Assembly (NCBI GenBank): GCA_026396635.1
Contig: JAPLWL010000074.1
Location: 1,352 to 39,885, forward strand
Reading direction: 5' to 3'
Source: Candidatus Komeilibacteria bacterium
Lineage (GTDB): Bacteria > Patescibacteriota > Patescibacteriia > UBA1558 > JAPLWL01
DNA: 38,534 nucleotides
Shown: piece after piece, positions 36,531 to 38,534 of the stretch
How positions within the stretch are numbered: the stretch's first letter is position 1
Layout: each line of letters opens with the position of its first letter
Translations under genes and position numbers: made by a program
The notes under the pieces: model-generated
The model's database searches: none
Told to the model about the DNA's origin: nothing
What the model saw: the letters and a program-made list of their open reading frames with translations, nothing else

Positions 36531-36594
36531 GAACCGACGATCCCGACGAGTCGGGATTATGGGCCTGGCGAGCTGCCAACTGCTCTACCCCGCG
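36531..36594 (-). pseudogene. Partial initiator-tRNA copy C (5' end to T-arm, with hairpin replacement)
   Basis: CGCGGGGTAGAGCAGTTGGCAGCTCGCCAGGCCCATAA-TCCCGACTCGTCGGGA-TCGTCGGTTCC then diverges. The 3' strand of the anticodon stem is replaced by a hairpin with a 7-bp stem. Confidence 0.7.
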
Positions 36595-36671
36595 TTAAAT
36601 TGTTTTCAATATGGCTTATTATAGTTAATTATAGTAATTTGTCAACTCCGCTTTAAGTTTTAAAAATGAAT

Positions 36672-36700
36672 TGAGCCCGCCGAAACTTTCGGCGGGCTCA
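36672..36700 (-). terminator. Hairpin terminator downstream of the 36729-37124 gene
   Basis: tgagcccgccgaaa/tttcggcgggctca is followed by a T-rich run on the minus strand. Confidence 0.55.
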
Positions 36701-36728
36701 TAGTGCCTCTATGTAGTGACTGGACAAA

Positions 36729-37124
36729 TTAGCCAATTTCTTTGAGGGTTGCTTCAATGCTGCTAGCCAATGTTTGTAGGCGCTGTTGAAGCGAACTGAG
36801 TTCGCCAGTCCATTGACTGGTGCTCGGATTGAGGTTGAGTAGGCCCTCAACTTGTTCCAGGGTCATTTGTTTCCCTGATTGAAGTAGGTCCTCCAGGCGT
36901 TGAATAGTGCTGGCGCGCTCGCTTTCCAGCCTGGCCAGCTCGACGATCAGGTGGGCTTGTTGTTCATTGATTTCTTCAAACTCACCATATTCTCCAAATT
37001 CGCCTTGAAGCAAGAGGTTAACTTGGCGTTGGAGCAGTTGGATAAATTTGGTTAGGCCGTTTTTTTCCTGCTCCATGATGGTAGCAAGCTGGCCAACAGC
37101 CTCTTTGACTGGATCATTTTCCAT
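36729..37124 (-). CDS. Hypothetical coiled-coil protein (131 aa)
   Basis: I trimmed the 255-aa track ORF to the Met at 37124 (MENDPVKE), which has AGAGG upstream. The remaining N-terminal part of the track ORF is read through tRNA genes. Confidence 0.5.
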   Translation of the reverse strand: MENDPVKEAVGQLATIMEQEKNGLTKFIQLLQRQVNLLLQGEFGEYGEFEEINEQQAHLIVELARLESERASTIQRLEDLLQSGKQMTLEQVEGLLNLNPSTSQWTGELSSLQQRLQTLASSIEATLKEIG

Positions 37125-37271
37125 GAATACCTCTGGAAGGTGAGGGTGCGGATTTGCTGCCAGACTTGGCAGTAAGTTTATTTTAGAAACAGCCAGCCTT
37201 AGCATATTTTTTGGGCGGACGTCAAGGCCGTTGATAAAACAAAAAACAACCTTTTTAAAGAGATTGTTTTT

Positions 37272-37394
37272 TGGTGCCCAGAGAGGGAATCGAACCTTCA
37301 CGATCTTGCGATCACTGGATTTTGAGTCCAGCGCGCCGCGCCCGCAACGCTTCGCGTATGCGAGGCGGGCGGGTCTGCCTTGTTTATCAAAGCC
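37272..37394 (-). pseudogene. Disrupted tRNA-Leu(CAA) paralogue carrying a 38-nt GC-rich hairpin insertion
   Basis: A 49-nt stretch is identical to the intact copy (T arm, variable arm and anticodon arm). A 38-nt insert follows at 37336-37373, then tctgcc, then divergence. There is no 5' acceptor strand to pair with TCTGGGC. Confidence 0.7.
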
Positions 37395-37481
37395 TGGTGC
37401 CGCGGAAAGGAATCGAACCTTCACGATCTTGCGATCACTGGATTTTGAGTCCAGCGCGTCTGCCAGTTCCGCCACCGCGGC
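37395..37481 (-). tRNA. tRNA-Leu (anticodon CAA), CCA encoded
   Basis: GCCGCGG...CTGGA-CTCAAAA-TCCAG, a long variable arm, GAAGG-TTCGATT-CCTTT, then CCGCGGC-A-CCA. Confidence 0.85.
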
Positions 37482-37508
37482 AGCAGGCTCTAACAAACAG
37501 TAAAGTTA

Positions 37509-37585
37509 TGGTAGCAGGGGTGGGGATCGAACCCACGACCTCGGGCTTATGAGTCCCACGCTCTAACCAACTGAGCTACCCTGCC
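37509..37585 (-). tRNA. tRNA with CAT anticodon (elongator Met, or Ile2 if lysidine-modified)
   Basis: GGCAGGG-TA-GCTC-AGTTGGTTA-GAGC...CTCATAA...GTGGG-TTCGATC-CCCAC-CCCTGCT-A-CCA, with a G1-U72 wobble pair. Confidence 0.8.
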
Positions 37586-37699
37586 AAAATGCTTTCAATG
37601 TTGCTTATTATAATGAAATAAAGAAAAAAGTCAACTTATAAAGTGGGTAATTTAATAACTTTTGTTTTTAGTTCAGTTTTTTAGTATAATATAGAAACT

Positions 37700-38467
37700 A
37701 TGGTGCGAATTATTTCTGTGGTTAATCAAAAAGGTGGCGTAGGCAAAACTACTACGGCGGTTAATTTAGCGGCTTATTTATCGGCTCTGGATCGGCGGGT
37801 TTTGTTGATTGATTTGGACCCTCAAGCCAATGCTTCTTCGGCCTTTGGTATTCCTCATCATGATTTGGAAAAAGGAATTTATGAGGTGATGATTTTAGAT
37901 CCGGTGACTATGGAGGAAATACTTTTAGAAACTAAATTGCCCAATCTTCACGTGGCCCCAGCCACGGCTAATTTGGCCGGCGCTAATATTGATTTGGTTA
38001 ATTTAGAGCGCCGAGAGTTTCGGTTAGCTGACAATTTACGTCGGGTTTTAGCTAATTATGATTATGTGATTATTGATAACCCGCCATCATTGGGTTTATT
38101 AACCCTGAATGGATTAACCGCCGCCACTGATGTATTGATTCCGGTTCAATGTGAATACTATGCCTTGGAAGGTTTGAGTCAATTACTCCACACCATTAAT
38201 TTGGTTCAGAATAATTTACAGCCGCATTTAAATATCTTGGGTGCAGTCTTAACCATGTATGATCCGCGTAATAAATTGGCTGACGCTGTGTTTAAGGAAT
38301 TGTATCAGTATTTTCCTAGAAAAATTTTTCGTTCAGTAATTCCGCGGACCGTGCGGTTGGCCGAAGCGCCGTCTTATGGGCAAACTATTTTAGAATATGA
38401 TCCGGGCGGCAAAGGCGCGCGTGCTTATGAAAAGTTGGCCAGAGAAGTTATTGATTTAGAAGTATAA
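37700..38467 (+). CDS. soj: ParA/Soj chromosome-partitioning ATPase
   Basis: It carries the deviant Walker A motif NQKGGVGKTTT, is 255 aa long, and has the typical ParA pattern throughout. Confidence 0.9.
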   Translation: MVRIISVVNQKGGVGKTTTAVNLAAYLSALDRRVLLIDLDPQANASSAFGIPHHDLEKGIYEVMILDPVTMEEILLETKLPNLHVAPATANLAGANIDLVNLERREFRLADNLRRVLANYDYVIIDNPPSLGLLTLNGLTAATDVLIPVQCEYYALEGLSQLLHTINLVQNNLQPHLNILGAVLTMYDPRNKLADAVFKELYQYFPRKIFRSVIPRTVRLAEAPSYGQTILEYDPGGKGARAYEKLAREVIDLEV

Positions 38468-38470
38468 TTA

Positions 38471-38534
38471 TTAATTCGTCATTGCGAGGATCCCGATGAA
38501 ATCGGGAGACGAAGCAATCCCATGGGATTGCCAC
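38471..38534. repeat. GC-rich hairpin repeat of the gtcattgcgag family, running to the window edge
   Basis: The sequence cgtcattgcgaggatcccgatgaaatcgggagacgaagcaatcccatgggattgc contains the hairpins cccgat/atcggg and caatccc/gggattg. Confidence 0.5.

Noticed and set aside
36729-37552. 255-aa minus-strand ORF and 90/93-aa plus-strand ORFs across 37231-37552
   Set aside because: They read straight through three tRNA or tRNA-like genes; for example, AELADALDSKSSDRKIVKVRF occurs twice. Only the coiled-coil part from the Met at 37124 was kept as a CDS.

Overview
The window is a 38.5-kb stretch of an AT-rich, gene-dense bacterial chromosome. Its style suggests a Patescibacteria/CPR-type genome: short intergenic regions, many small membrane proteins, free-standing GIY-YIG genes and GC-rich hairpin repeats. 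This placement is inference only, because no database search was possible.

Housekeeping content, called from motifs I recognise:
- DNA repair and replication-related: a UvrD/PcrA-type helicase (partial), uvrA, uvrC, an ATL/MGMT-like protein, a DEDD exonuclease, and parA/soj.
- Metabolism and translation: glyA, phosphomannomutase/phosphoglucomutase, murI, an acyltransferase, trpS, pyk and ppsA.
- RNA processing, transport and folding: RNase J, a family-5 ABC substrate-binding protein, secG, and groES-groEL behind a CIRCE operator.
- tRNA genes: Leu-CAG, Leu-CAA, Met-CAT and an initiator-like fMet-CAT.

The strongest signal is a complete diversity-generating retroelement (DGR) at about 30.7-33.5 kb.
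- A 206-aa target gene ends in a 131-nt variable region (VR). This VR differs from a downstream template repeat (TR) at 23 positions, and every one of them is an adenine in the TR.
- An Avd-like four-helix-bundle gene lies antisense between the TR and a DGR-type reverse transcriptase (RT).
- A G10/C10 homopolymer sits at the avd/RT start junction.

Other points worth a second look:
- An initiator-tRNA locus rearranged around a GIY-YIG gene.
- A second GIY-YIG gene bracketed by 34-nt direct repeats.
- A tRNA-Leu copy split by a GC-rich hairpin insertion.
- Two repeat families, one of which shows compensatory base changes.
- A 740-nt GC-rich non-coding gap that looks like a structured RNA.
- Internal deletions or frameshifts in four conserved genes (rnj, uvrC, pyk, ppsA). 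These may be real decay or assembly artefacts.

All product calls rest on recalled motifs, and all coordinates were counted by hand.
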